Shown here in pieces: positions 1 through 15,046 of a stretch of DNA of 64,000 nt. Made by a program: the position numbers and the translations under genes. How positions within the stretch are numbered: position 1 is the first letter of the stretch; each line of letters begins with the position of its first letter. Below the pieces are notes generated by a model. It was not told the origin of the DNA. It was given only the letters and a program-made list of their open reading frames with translations, and did no database searches. Origin of the DNA: the human T2T-CHM13v2.0 reference genome, Homo sapiens. Location of the stretch: assembly GCF_009914755.1 (NCBI RefSeq), contig NC_060931.1; one strand, written 5' to 3'.

Positions 1-502
1 TGACACATGCACAATTATCAGGTAATCATTTTGAGTAGTGGTCTTGTACTAGCACACTCACATACCCAAGCTAAAAAAAAACCATTTGAAAAAAATAAAC
101 CATTTGCCAAAGCCAGAGCCAGGGGAATTCACCTGTACAACCAGTTCCAGACAGAGCTTTGCCTCTGATTTCCCTGTCTACGCTGGACTACATGTGCACG
201 ATGATAAATAACAATGCTGTGCTCCAATTACTGCGTAAGATGGTCTTTGAGCCTCCTGAACAACTGCCATGCCCAGTCTCTTCTATCTCCTGACATGTAA
301 ATCCCCTGGCTACGTATATCTGATCCTGTTCCTTCTAGATTCCATGTGTATCTGCTCTTGCTTGTCAAGTTAGTAGTGACGGGTTGGATTATGTGGCATC
401 AGAATAAATGTGGGTAAATATTTCTATATCAAGCAGAGAAAGACTAAAAGCTGGTTATCTGGCTTAAGACAGCCCAGTCTGTGTCTTTTCAGGAAGTACA
501 AG

Positions 503-837
<335 letters not shown>

Positions 838-989
838 AGGAAGTACAAGTTTTGACTGTTGGAGCAACCAGTACAACTCCAGGATTCCAAAGACTGGATC
901 AAAATTTGAGAATAGTATCTGTAGGTCTTAAGCATTGTCTGTGGGCATGGATGGCTCTTTTTGATTCACCATCACAAAAATCAGCATAA

Positions 990-1170
990 TTCTCAACTTC
1001 TTAAACTTGACTTCACATTGGAATCACAGGGAAGCTATTCACAATATGGGGCTTTGACACAATTAAATTTTAAAGATAGGACACTGGCATTAAACACACA
1101 CACACACACACACACACACACCACCCCAAGATAAATCTACTGTGTAGACAAGATTGAAAGACACTGGTTC
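990..1170. mobile_element. MER5-like hAT DNA transposon fossil containing a (CA)n microsatellite (1093-1121)
   Basis: cttaaacttgacttcacattggaatcacagggaagct and ttgaaagacactgg resemble MER5 ends. Confidence 0.45.
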
Positions 1171-1451
1171 AGAGTGACAAAATGTTTAGAGACCTGTCTC
1201 TGGAGGTAAAAATATCAGTTCCATGGTCAGGTTGACACTGGTCACACAGTGTAATGTGGGCAACTTTCTCCTCTGCAGTGGTAATGTTCATCCCCTTGCT
1301 AAAGCGTGGTCTGTTACTGCAGCACCTTTTTTACCAGAGTTCCTATGTGAGTCCAGATTTTGCTTTATTTCCCCTTCTAACAGCAGGCTAGAAAAAAAAA
1401 AGATTTTGCTTCATCCAGACATGCCTGTTGCCTTAATTTGTACTTCATTAA

Positions 1452-1823
<372 letters not shown>

Positions 1824-2272
1824 TCCAAGTCAATTTTTTAAAAACATGATATGTGTATTCATTTATGGCACTTGCATAATAAAAGCCTGATTGATTGTGT
1901 TTATTTCAAAATATCCCAAGTAAGTCCCAGTGAGAAACTGAACAGAAATGATAGTGGTGATTCCATGGGCAACAACAGACATAATTTATGGAGAAAATAC
2001 AATACAAATGCCTACATTTCTCATATTACATTACCTTGATAAATTACTTATCAAAGATTAAGAGAAAATACCTGTGCCTATTGATAAATACATGCTTACC
2101 AAGAGAAAATGTCAAGACTAAGATTGTCTAAAATGACAAATGCTTAAAATACTGACATCCGCTGCTATATTGGTGGCATGAGAAACTGTAGAAAGATGTT
2201 TGAAATCCCCTAGAGGTGCGCTAAAGATAGATGATGAAATCATTGGTGGAGAAGGAAAATGTGTGGGTCAAC

Positions 2273-2293
2273 TGCAGCACCCTGGAGAGCGCC
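2273..2293 (+). promoter_or_regulatory. Candidate REST/NRSF binding site (RE1/NRSE)
   Basis: TGCAGCACCCTGGAGAGCGCC versus canonical TTCAGCACCACGGACAGCGCC; both half-sites with canonical 2-nt spacer. Confidence 0.65.
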
Positions 2294-2450
2294 TCTGCCA
2301 TACAGCTCACTTCTTCATGCCAGCTGGATCCTGGGGCAGAGGATTTCTTCTGGGGATGGGTCTCTAATATGAGGGTGGGAAGTGATCTTTAGTTGCCAAC
2401 ACCCAAACTATAAGGCATTTGATTTAATCTTTGCATTTTTAAGTTAGACT

Positions 2451-2545
2451 TTCTCTCTCTCTCTCTCTTTCTCTCTCTCTCGTGTGTGTGTGTGTGTAAG
2501 TTAAACCCTATGTAGGTGTATGTGTATGTGTGTGTATGTACACAC
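2451..2545. repeat. Compound (CT)n-(GT)n microsatellite
   Basis: Directly visible. Confidence 0.9.
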
Positions 2546-3329
2546 ACAGCATTCCAATTGCCTAATAAAGCATACCTGATATTCTGTGCCTACTAAAATT
2601 CTGATTGCTTCCTGACCATCACACAGCTCATCTCCTTCCCATTAATTTTATGCAGATGTTGCACTTGGTTGCAGTTTATTCTACACTTCACTTTTAAGAT
2701 GGCCATGGTGTCAGAATAATCAATTTGTGGCCTTCATTTCATGAATTGGACCAAAGTGAATGAGATATTTGTTTTCTTGTTTTGCTTTGTATTTTCAAAG
2801 CAAGGAGCAACAGGCAACAATAAGAAACAAACAATGCCTGTCAGCTTTCCATCTCCAGCTTTATGTCTCTGTTGTAACTGGGGTATCATTTCTGCCCTAG
2901 AATACTGTTAGTACTGCCATTAAAATAGAAACTTTTCCATGCAAAACTGGTCTAAGGTTTTTGGCGTTACCCATGTAGATCTTTGTGATGAGTGAAATTT
3001 CCATTCAAGTCTTTATAGTTGCTTTAATAGTCCTGATCTACTTTTTTTTGAAGATTTGTTTTTGAGAATATGTGAACAATTTTATCGGTATTTTCTTAAA
3101 GAGACTCATTTAATGCTTTTTATAAATTACTAAAATTATTAATGGAGTTGTGTTAGGCATTTTAAATGCTAATAATTCCAGACTTAAATATTAGATTGCC
3201 ATTAGACAATTAAATATTATTTGAAGTAACCAATATTATAATTAAAACGGGATTAACACCTTAAATAATATGAACTTTATTTGGTTGCAAAAGGTAGGAA
3301 ACAATATAAGAAGGAAAAAAATAGGATGT

Positions 3330-4090
3330 TAGGACAGAAAGTGACTAAGCAGAGATGGGGAGGACTGATTTATGCTGGGTGATGAAGGGATGTCTCTGTG
3401 TGGAGAGCCAGGTGTGCAAAGAAATGGGACAGAGTTTCCAGCCACAGAGAACTCCCAGTAGTCGTGAAGTCAAAATGAGCTTGTGAAGTGCATGCACAGA
3501 AAGAAGCTTAGTAAATGAGGGAGACAGTGGGAAGAGCCAAGACCTCCAAATTACACAGGCACCAGTTCATGTGCAGGCTTTTATTCCATTGCAAAGAGCG
3601 TGGATTTTATGTCAAATACAATGGAAAGGATGACAAGCTATGTTTTCTATTTTAAGATCACACTGGCTGCTGTGTGATTTTATTATAAGAACAAAATAAT
3701 AGAAGTGAGAATACAAATGACAATACTATGCAGTAGCACAAGGAAGAGGTGGCTATGGGTGGAGCAAGGAGGTAGAGGGAGAGAAGTGGGCATAATAGGA
3801 GTGCAGACAGGTAAGATGGAACTGGCTGATGGATTTGACATTGGAGGTACACACAGTAAGAATTAAAGATAGTGTTTATGATTTTGGCATGAGCATTCGG
3901 AGTGATAAATGGCTTGTCGTACCATTTGCAGTTCTGTTTGGACAAGACTGGAAGAGGAAAAGATTGTGGAGGGGCAGAGGAATTTAGAGTTCTACTCCAG
4001 CCACATCAAACCTGAAATGCCACTCAGGCATCTAGGTGGAGATGTTTAGAGAAGTCATGGGTGGAGGTAGCAATTGGTTAACCTACATAT
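3330..4090 (-). mobile_element. L2 fragment
   Basis: Purine-rich L2 antisense hallmarks: ttttaagatcacactggctgctgtgtg, gatggatttgacattggagg, tttggcatgagca, catctaggtggagatgtt. Confidence 0.7.
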
Positions 4091-4908
4091 TACTAATAAA
4101 AATGTAAGAACAAATGCAACTGCTGAAAACTTGAATGTACATTCCTGAAATTGTTTTGAATCAAAGAGGAAATTCAAGCCCAATTACTAAGCTTTTGGAC
4201 AATAATATAGACACTGTGTGTGAAAACTTTACAAAACATATTGTAGCTTTTCTGAGTAGCAAATTTTTATGCTTACTTTCAAAATTGCAAAGATTAAAGA
4301 AAAACACAGAAAATGAGTAGTCTTAATAGCATAAGACAAATTCTAGAAGAGTAGAAAGAAGAAATGCATGAATAATACCTCTCTACTGGTCTGCAACTGT
4401 GTCTTTATCTAGAACCTCAGCAGCAAAAAATATGTTAAATATGTTATTTGAGTGTAATTCTTTCATGCCAGGAAAAGATCTCTGGAAAGGCCAGCACTCT
4501 CAACTGATTCAGATCCATCAAAAGAATTCTAGTACAAAATGTCAGCTGGCAAACAGCCTTTATAAAACCTCTTCCAATTTCCAAATAAAACAGGCCAATC
4601 AAGAGAAAATTTTGGAAAATAAAACTCTAAAAAATAAACTTGCCAGTTATTCTAATGGCAGAATATTGGCCCCGTCTTCACTCTTCAGCAGATGGAACAA
4701 AATGGATGAAAAGCTGCCCTACTTATGCCCTAATACGGCTGGGCTTCACCTCATAAAGCTGAGGCCAATACACAGAACAACAATTTCTGTATCTCTGAGA
4801 CACTGATGTGAGAGTTGTGCATTCTCACCACCTCCTCCAGCCTCCTCTCCACCATCATTTTCTTTCCACAATTTAGGATACTTCTAGCTCTTCAGGAGAT
4901 CCCAATAG

Positions 4909-5318
<410 letters not shown>

Positions 5319-5699
5319 TAAGCATAACGATATTTGATTTTGCAGATTGATTCTAAAAATAAACAATTGGTACATAATTATCACTACTTAATATGGTTTA
5401 ATACACAAATTGCATACTATGATTATGCTTTCCTTTCTCTAGGCCTAAAGTCATGACCCCCATGACTTTCAGATGAGACTACTCTGGATGCAAATGTGAA
5501 CGGCTTCCTGTACTGCACTCTGCCATTCCTCATAACCTCTGGGCTGATTAAAGTTCAATTAGTTGGAACATTTTATTTCTCTCATTCCCAAGAGTCTTTC
5601 TGGACTCCTCTATAAGTGTGCTCTAATTAGAATTAATAGATGAGTTGCAAATTTGTTTATCCTGTCTTTGCATTTATTTTCTATTTTCAGAGATGATTT

Positions 5700-6360
5700 T
5701 AGTCTTTTAGGTTTGAAACTTTTCCCCAGTATGTAAAGGCCTTCTTCAATCAACCTCTGGTGAACTGAGTGCTAAAGAGAAGCCTGTTTATTCAAATACT
5801 CTTTATTCCTTCTTAGGATATTTTATTTACATTCTAAAAGCTTTTAGGATGTATTAAAGTTTCATACTGATGGATTTAGTTGTGGATCTTCGTTTCACTA
5901 AATGTGCTGGGCATTCACTGTACCCATGCAATCTGCTGCCTGTTGACCTTGGCAGCACTGATATTCCCTTTTGGACTCTTCCTCTATTCTCTTATATGTG
6001 TAAATGTTTCTAAATATTTAAATCTTTACCTCATTATTTTGTTTTTTTGAGATAATAATCTTCAACATTATTTTAAAGGTATTCTATTGAATTAAATTGA
6101 TTTGTTTTATATATATACATACACACATTGATGTGTTTGTGTACTCGTATAAATATATAGATGTCTGCCTACAAGGTTGTCAATGAGTGGTTTGTAAGAT
6201 TGATTTGGCCTAGTTTCACTGTGTTGTTGCTTAATTCTCCTCTGTACCCTGAATCTGCATCATTATTTTGTTCTAAGCCTATTTTCTCCTCATTGTTTTT
6301 AACTCATCTTTCTCTTTCCAGTTGCCAGCTCTCCTCGAATGTGTTGGTCACCATTCACAT
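5700..6360 (-). mobile_element. Ancient L1M/HAL1-like fragment
   Basis: T-rich; tgtgctgggcattcactgtacccatgcaatctg resembles old L1ME/HAL1 antisense sequence. Confidence 0.35.
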
Positions 6361-6842
6361 TTAATACATAACGACTGTGCCCAAATGCCACACTAAGAGA
6401 CCTGACCAAACTATAGCATGACTTCTAGCAGCTTCGGGTCACGTCCTCAGGATGACCCTATCTGCCTTTCAATGCCCAATTGAGAAACCTCAACATTGCC
6501 AGAAGAATTTACTGTTGGTTTTAGCCAAAACCCAGTGATGGCCAGATAAACCCCTGGACCACCTCTCAGAGCAGTTAGTTTAGAAAGCTTACAGTTCTAA
6601 ATCCTTTCTCTACCCCTTGGAGATATAAATCTTCTACTGCCCAGAACTGTCTCCTCAAGGACCTGGGAGCCACCTCTTTGAAATGCAAACACTCAAAAAG
6701 TAGCTCTCACTCTCTCTCCCAGTCCCTGAGGGAGGGGAAGGGCCTAATCTCAGAGGTCACCTTGTTCCAACTTGCATCACTACCTCCTGTCATGAAGGTA
6801 TGAGATGTTTGTTTCTCCTCTATAAAGCACCAATTAGCAAAC

Positions 6843-7192
6843 TATATTAGTCCGTTCTCATACTGCTACAAAGAACTATGTGAAACTGAGTAATTATGAT
6901 GAAAAGAGGTTTAATTGACTCATAGTTCCACATGGCTGGGGAGGTCTCAGGAAACTTAAAATCATGACGGAGGGCAAAAGGGAATGAAGGCAGCAGGAGA
7001 GAGAGAGCAAGAGGGGAGGTGCCATACTTTTAAACCATCAGCTCTCATGAGAACTCACTCACTATCATGAGAACAGCATGGGGGAAATCTGCCCCCATGA
7101 TCCAATCACCTCCCACCAAGTCCCTCCCCTGACATATGGGGATTACAATTCCAGATGAGATTTGGGTGGGGACACTGAGCCAAACCATATCA
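6843..7192 (-). mobile_element. MaLR solo LTR (THE1D/MSTA-like)
   Basis: tattagtccgttctcatactgct ... ccaaaccatatca; 5-bp TSD CAAAC at 6838-6842 and 7193-7197. Confidence 0.9.
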
Positions 7193-7347
7193 CAAACCCA
7201 GATTGGCTAGTCTCAGGGATCAAGTCCATCATAATGCCCTTCATTGCCTTTTTTGTTTTTTTGTTTGTTTGTTTGTCTTGTATATCATAGCATTTAAAAA
7301 CTCTCTTGCCTTTTGTTTTGGCAGAATTCACCTCAGGCTACAGTGGG

Positions 7348-7487
7348 TTTTTTTGGGGTTGTGTCTTTGTTTTGTTCTTTTGCTTTTTTCTTAGAAAAGG
7401 TCTCACTATGTTTCTAGGCTGGTCTCAAACTGCCAGGCCCAAGTGATGCTTCCACCTCAGCCTCTCTAGTCACTGAGATTACAGGCA
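7348..7487 (-). mobile_element. FLAM / Alu monomer, 5' truncated
   Basis: ggtctcactatgtt...gattacaggca; TSD TACAGTGGG at 7339-7347 and 7488-7496. Confidence 0.85.
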
Positions 7488-9049
7488 TACAGTGGGCTTT
7501 AACCTCTATTGCAGTAGTTATCACTAAATAAAATCTGTTTTTATCACCTTTAACTAGTGTCTGGCTTTTAAAAAAAACTCGTTGAGAGTGACAATCTTTG
7601 ATTTAGGGTACCAGTGCCTCAATATCTTTCCTAGGACTGGCCCCCAAAGAGTTGATTTGTTTCCTTTAGAGAAACATCTTTCAATGTGTTGCCTATGCAG
7701 TAAATCATAAGCTTGCAATCCACTCTGCTTTGAGTAGGCTGGAGCCAGGGCCAGGGTTGATGCCAGTGTGTAATACTGAGTTGCTATGAACTCGCTTTTT
7801 ATAGTCCTGCCTCATTCTTATACACATTTATAACAACCTCTCTAAGCCTCAATCCTCCGTCTCTGCAAGCCACCTTCTCTCCTTCTCATCTGCAGCAGGC
7901 ACTCTGTTATGCATCTATTCTCACCTAAGCTTCCTCTGTCCTGCTTCACTAATTACCATTCCTTCCTCTGCTTTCTGCCTTTTATCCACAGCAAGACCTA
8001 TACAAATATATTTGTTGTTCTCATGGATTTATAACATTTGAATTGCATTACTACTCTTTTTAAAGAGAAGATGTAAATATAAATAAGTGATTTTTTATTG
8101 AACTAAAAAGTACTATGTCTACTTCCTTAGCTTATAACATATTGAAAGACTCTTCTAGAAAAATACAAACTACCAAATATTTGCCAAGAACTATGAAAAA
8201 TGAGACATCATTAAGTACAGAAGATGCAAATCACAAATGTTCACAAATTGTCTTTAAAAACATTGATAATACAGATTTGTAAAAAGAGTAATTCTGATTT
8301 ATAGGAACCCGATAATTTCAAGGAATATAAATTGACCTAGAGAATAAAATAAATGTGGATATTTTTCTAATGTGTTGGACGAAGTTAATGTGCAAGATTA
8401 TCTTAGTGAGATGTTAATTTTTCTTTCACCTATACATTTGAGTACTGTTCTTTCAATCTAGTAAAGTAGTTAGACCTTTTTTGTTTCCTTGTTTCAAAGA
8501 TACGTCTAGGGCTGAAGGCCAAATTGACAACTCCTGGGCTCTCTTGTAAAAGTCTAAATTAATTTCAGTAATTATACTAAAGAGGAATAGTTTAAAAGAC
8601 AGTAAGAGAAGGGGTGAAGAAGACAGAGAAAGAGAGGGAAAATTTCATGTTCTAGAACCAGGCTTGAGATTGGTGGGTTCTGTGAATTCAGACCCTGTGT
8701 GCCACCCTCTGGAAGAATATAAGGATGCCATTTTAGAAAAATAAAGCTGATAAATATTAATATGAGAGCTTGTTCTTTGAAAATTAAAATAAAATACACT
8801 CTGAGGGAAACTAGTGAGAAAAATATTTTTTAAGTACAAATAAGCAAAATACTCCAAATAAGACACATTGACACTTTGAAAATGGAAATATATTTTCAAA
8901 AATAATTCAAAAGCTGGTTTAATAGGTCAGTTTTCTAGCAAAGTGAAAATGGTCAAAAGCTACTGCTGAAGTATCAAAATTAATAATAAAAGCAATAATT
9001 TAATCAAAGAAAAAATATGCAAAAGATCCACATTTCACAGATGAATTAG

Positions 9050-9456
<407 letters not shown>

Positions 9457-9571
9457 TGAAAAGCAAAATACGTAAGTGTTCAAATTCATAAAAACTGTAG
9501 TAAAATCTTAATTATGACCATTGATTAAAAATTCCAAATAAAATGTTGGTAGACATAAACAAGCAGCATAC

Positions 9572-10874
9572 TGAGGAGCAGTTCAGCCTGCCGCTGCACT
9601 GTGGAGCCCCTTTCTGGGCTGGCCAAGCCTGGAGCCGGCTCCCTCAGCTTGCGGGGAGGTGTGGAAGGAGAGGCGCAGGTGGGAACCAGGGCTGCCGGCG
9701 GTGCTTGCCTGCCAGCTCTAGTTCCGGGTGGGCTTGGGCTTACCGGACCCCATGCTGCGAGCCGCCAGCCGGCCCCGCCGCCCAGGGCAGTGAGGGGCTT
9801 AGCACCTGGGCCAGCAGCTGCTGTGTTCAGTTTCCTGCTGGGCCTTAGCTGCCTTCCCGTGGGGCAGGGCTCGGGACCTGCAGCCCGCCATGCCTGAGCC
9901 TCCCCTCCACTCCGTGGGCTCCTGTGCGCCCGAGCCTCCCCAAGGAGCTCTGCCCCCTGCTCCACAGTGCCCAGTCCCATGAGATCACCCAAGGGCTGAG
10001 GAGTGCGGGTGCACGGCGCAGGACTGGCAGGCAGCTCCACCTGCAGCCCAGGTGCGGGACCCACTGGGTGAAGCCAGCTGGGCTCCTGAGTCTGGTGGGG
10101 ACTTGGAGAACCTTTATGTCTAGCTCAGGGATTGTAAATACACCAATCGGCACTCTGTATCTAGCTCAAGGTTTGTAAACACACCAGTCAGCACCCTGTG
10201 TCTAGCTCAGGGTCTGTGAATGCACCAATCGACACTTTGTATCTAGCTACTCTGGTGGGGACTTGGAGAACCTTTGTGTGGACACTCTGTATCTAGCTAA
10301 TCTGGTGGGGAGGTGGAGAACCTTTGTGTCTAGCTCAGGGATTGTAAACGCACCAATCAGCTCCCTGTCAAAACAGACCACTTGGCTCTACCAATCAGCA
10401 GGATGTGGGTGGGGCCAGATAAGAGAGTAAAAGCAGGCTGCCCGAACCAGCAGTGGCAACCCGCTCAGGTCCCTGTCCACACTGTAGAAGCTTTGTTCTT
10501 TCGCTCTTTGCAATAAATCTTGGTGCTGCTCACTCTTTGGGTCCACACTGCCTTTATGAGCTGTAACACTCACTGCGAAGGTCTGCAGCTTCACTCCTGA
10601 AGCCAGCGAGACCACGAACCCACTGGGAGGAATGAACAACTCCAGACGCTCTCTGCCTTAAGAGCTGTAACACTCACTGCGAAGGTCCGCAGCTTCATTC
10701 CTGAGCCAGCGAGACCATGAACCCCACCAGAAGGAAGAAACTCCCAACACATCCGAATATCAGAAGGAACAAACTCTGGACATGCCGCCTTTAAGAACTG
10801 TAACTCTCACCGTGAGGGTCTGCAGCTTCATTCTTGAAGTCAGTGAGACCAAGAACCCACCAATTCCGGACACA
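9572..10874 (+). mobile_element. LTR12C (ERV9) solo LTR
   Basis: GC-rich U3, tandem CACCAATC...TCTAGCT repeats, U5 repeats gagctgtaacactcactgcgaagg, end caattccggacaca; 4-bp flanks ATAC/ATAT. Confidence 0.95.
10090..10435 (+). promoter_or_regulatory. ERV9 LTR enhancer repeats and promoter (NF-Y CCAAT boxes, GATA, CACCC)
   Basis: CCAAT at 10143, 10225, 10353, 10391; GTGGGTGGGG; GATAAG at 10418; TATA-like box reads AGTAAAA at 10426. Confidence 0.7.
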
Positions 10875-11055
10875 ATATCAGGGGAGTAATTTGCCAAGAA
10901 CAGATGGAGCTTATAACCAGCACGAAAAAAATAAAAAATGTCAGAAAATTATTCATTATAGTCATAATCAAACAAGAAAAAAATCTGATTATGTTCAATG
11001 CTGAGAAAGCATTGAGTCAATTCAATACCTACTTTTTATTTAAAAGTGCTCAACG

Positions 11056-11408
<353 letters not shown>

Positions 11409-13618
11409 CTATTTAACATGATGCTAATTTGGCCTGTAACGTGTGTGTGTGTGTTTTATGGTCAACCATACAAAATTGACTATCTTTGTTCCTTGACAAA
11501 CAAAAATAGCTATCTCGTATACGTATAATATACAAACTTTCAAAGTAGCATCATGTGGAGTAAAAAAGAAATGCACACACAAATTACTAGAACCATGGGA
11601 TTTTGTTTGCATTACTAAAATTATGAAATGTTTTTCTTACCATGACACAAATCTCCAAACCACTCCAATGTCAATATATTTTACAATGTGAAACTAAAAC
11701 ACAACTGACAGAGATAATTGGTCAATATCACTCTTTAAAGTTGAAACAAAAATAACAAACTGAAATTTTTAAATATTTGATCTCAGATAAAATTGTAATT
11801 CTCCTAAATAATAAGCTGTAAGACAGTAAGAAGAAAGATACTAGTAGAAAAATAGGCCAATGATATGAACTGACATCTTATAGAAAAGGAATTCTTAATG
11901 GCCTACTAAATATGAAAACAGCAGCAATACCACTCATAATAAGGAAAATCCAAGTTAAAGGTTTAATGAGAATCATCTTCAAGTGCCTGGTGTACAAGTA
12001 ACTGCCTGTTGATTGGAGGGTGAGCAGAGTGATCATTTTGGAGGCCAGTTTCACAGCATCCCATAGATGGGGATTTAAATGTGGAAAAAAAGCACATGTC
12101 CCTAAAGGTGTTGCTTTGTCTATAGCAGTGAAGTACGGAAAGAACATAAAATCTTCTCAACATGGGATTGATGAATAAATATATTTATACCATGAAACAA
12201 TATTCAGGAGTTTACAAATGATATCACTTTTTATCCTATGGACCTAAATGCAGTTATCATCTCTGAGAGACTTGTATTTTCACAAAATAGCAAAACACAA
12301 AATGGGGAGTAGCAGGCTAATATAAACCTAAGAACAATCTGATTGGAAACATTTTATGTATGAAAATTCACATAGAAGATTGTGTGTGTGATGAATATCT
12401 TTTGAAGAACATTAACTAACAATGGTTGCTCCCTGGGGCAGAAAACTGGGGAGAGGACTTTGGCTGGGGCAGGAGGTAGAACCTGAATATGGAACCACCA
12501 AGATGGACTATGATTCCCTGCAAGCCACAATATGAGCAAAGGAGGAAGGCAGTCAGCAGGGGTGAGGGCCATTACCCTGCCCTTTGAGACAGATTGCACC
12601 ACAGGCCTTGTTGTCAGAGGGAAAGGCCACCAGGGCCTGGGCAACTGTTTTCATGCATTCCTGAACAACTTTTACCCACTCCTCCATGTCCCTACCAGTG
12701 GTTGGAACCTTATGTTATAAGGAAACAAATTGCATCACCTTTGCTGTGGGACCCCCTTCTGAAAGGACTACTACCAGAGGTGGAGAGAAAGTTTCTGCTG
12801 ACTTGTGGTGACTGCAGAGGGTGGCGAACCAAGAGATTAGGGGAGGTTGAGTATGGGACAGGCCCTCACTGGCAGGTCACTAATGGAGTTCAGGGATTTG
12901 GAGATGATTGGCAGCAACACAAGCAATTGTGCAGACCCAATCCTGCAGGCAGAAGGGGGAAGGCAACCAGCAGAGCCTCAGGATGCGAGCACAGTGGACC
13001 CTGTCCCAGCAACAGGACCAGTGACATACTTGGGAGGTGTCTGCTGAAGACAGAAGGTCTTGGTAACTATGTGTGGGGCACTCGGTAGTAAGTTCCTCCT
13101 GCTAAATGAATTTGTTTTGCTTCATGCAGAGAAGGACTGCTTACAGTATTCAAAAACAATAGTGTACGAAGACTATAGAACTTGGCAAAGGACTGAAAGG
13201 AGGATTGATTTAAAAGAGAGACACGTTATGTTCCTATGAGAAAGCATCACCATTTCAAACATGTCAATGCTCCTTAAATTTATATTTTCCGTATTGTTAC
13301 TTTTTCAGCCAAACTTTCAATAGCATGTTTTTTTTGTTCTTGATAAAATGATTGCAAAATCCATTTTGAAGAGTAAATATTTGAGCAGAGTTGTGAAAAT
13401 ATTGACAATGAGGAATAATGCATGATTCAAAAGACAAGTTTATAACTGTATAAATCTAATATCTGAATTACTTAAAAAACAAAGTGGACTTCAGGGTCCA
13501 GAAATAAAGAATAGGCCCAGTAGAATGTATTAATAAGTTTCTAGATGGTAGGTCTGTTTTACTCATCAGGCTTGGCTCTGATTAAAGGCTCTGTCTCTAT
13601 CTCCCTGTCTCTCTCTGT

Positions 13619-13622
<4 letters not shown>

Positions 13623-13665
<43 letters not shown>
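13623..13665. repeat. (CA)n microsatellite, about 21 units
   Basis: Directly visible. Confidence 0.95.
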
Positions 13666-13670
<5 letters not shown>

Positions 13671-14118
13671 AACAAAAAAGGCAAAGATCAGAATTATCAT
13701 TTTAGTTAACAGTTGTATATAATGATGTCAAATTATATATTTTAAATCACCCAAAACACATATATGTTTAATACCTTAGAAAACACTTGCAATATCCATT
13801 AACATACATAATTATTAAAATTTCTAACAAAAAGCATGAAAAATCCCAGTAGAAAAATGGACATGGGAATGTGAGAAAGCAATTCACAAAATAAAACAAC
13901 ATAAAAGGGAAATTAATATTTTACTATTCTTTGATTTACAGATATTTGGATATGCATTCTTATTTCTAGTGAAAAATAGCTTGAATTTACCTGCTAAAAT
14001 TTTTAATTGTATATTTTCTCTGGCTCAGCAGTTTCACTAGAAATTTGAAACCAGTCATATGGAAGCATTTTGCCAATGACAAAGATTTATCTAAATGAGG
14101 TTTTTACACTGCTGTTTA

Positions 14119-15046
<928 letters not shown>

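Larger units (their letters stand above)
6375..7590 (+). mobile_element. ERV1 solo LTR (MER39/MER34-like), interrupted by two younger insertions
   Basis: gtctcctcaaggacctgggagccacctctttgaaatg motif; AATAAA near 7528; sequence resumes across both insertions. Confidence 0.6.

Noticed and set aside
2207-2223. CTCF-like CCCCTAGAGGTGCGCTA
   Set aside because: An extra base puts the core out of register with the CTCF consensus
4399-4806. 135-aa ORF
   Set aside because: GTG start, no recognisable domain, composition reflects A-rich DNA, no convincing splice context
9525-10178. Several overlapping GC-rich ORFs up to 179 aa
   Set aside because: They lie in the GC-rich LTR12C U3, where stops are rare on both strands
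10090-10380. Repeat array that superficially resembles CRISPR
   Set aside because: These are the known ERV9/LTR12 U3 tandem enhancer repeats, with no unique spacers
12594-13088. 164-aa ORF in apparently unique sequence
   Set aside because: TTG start, no homology I recognise, overlapping ORFs in other frames; cannot support coding
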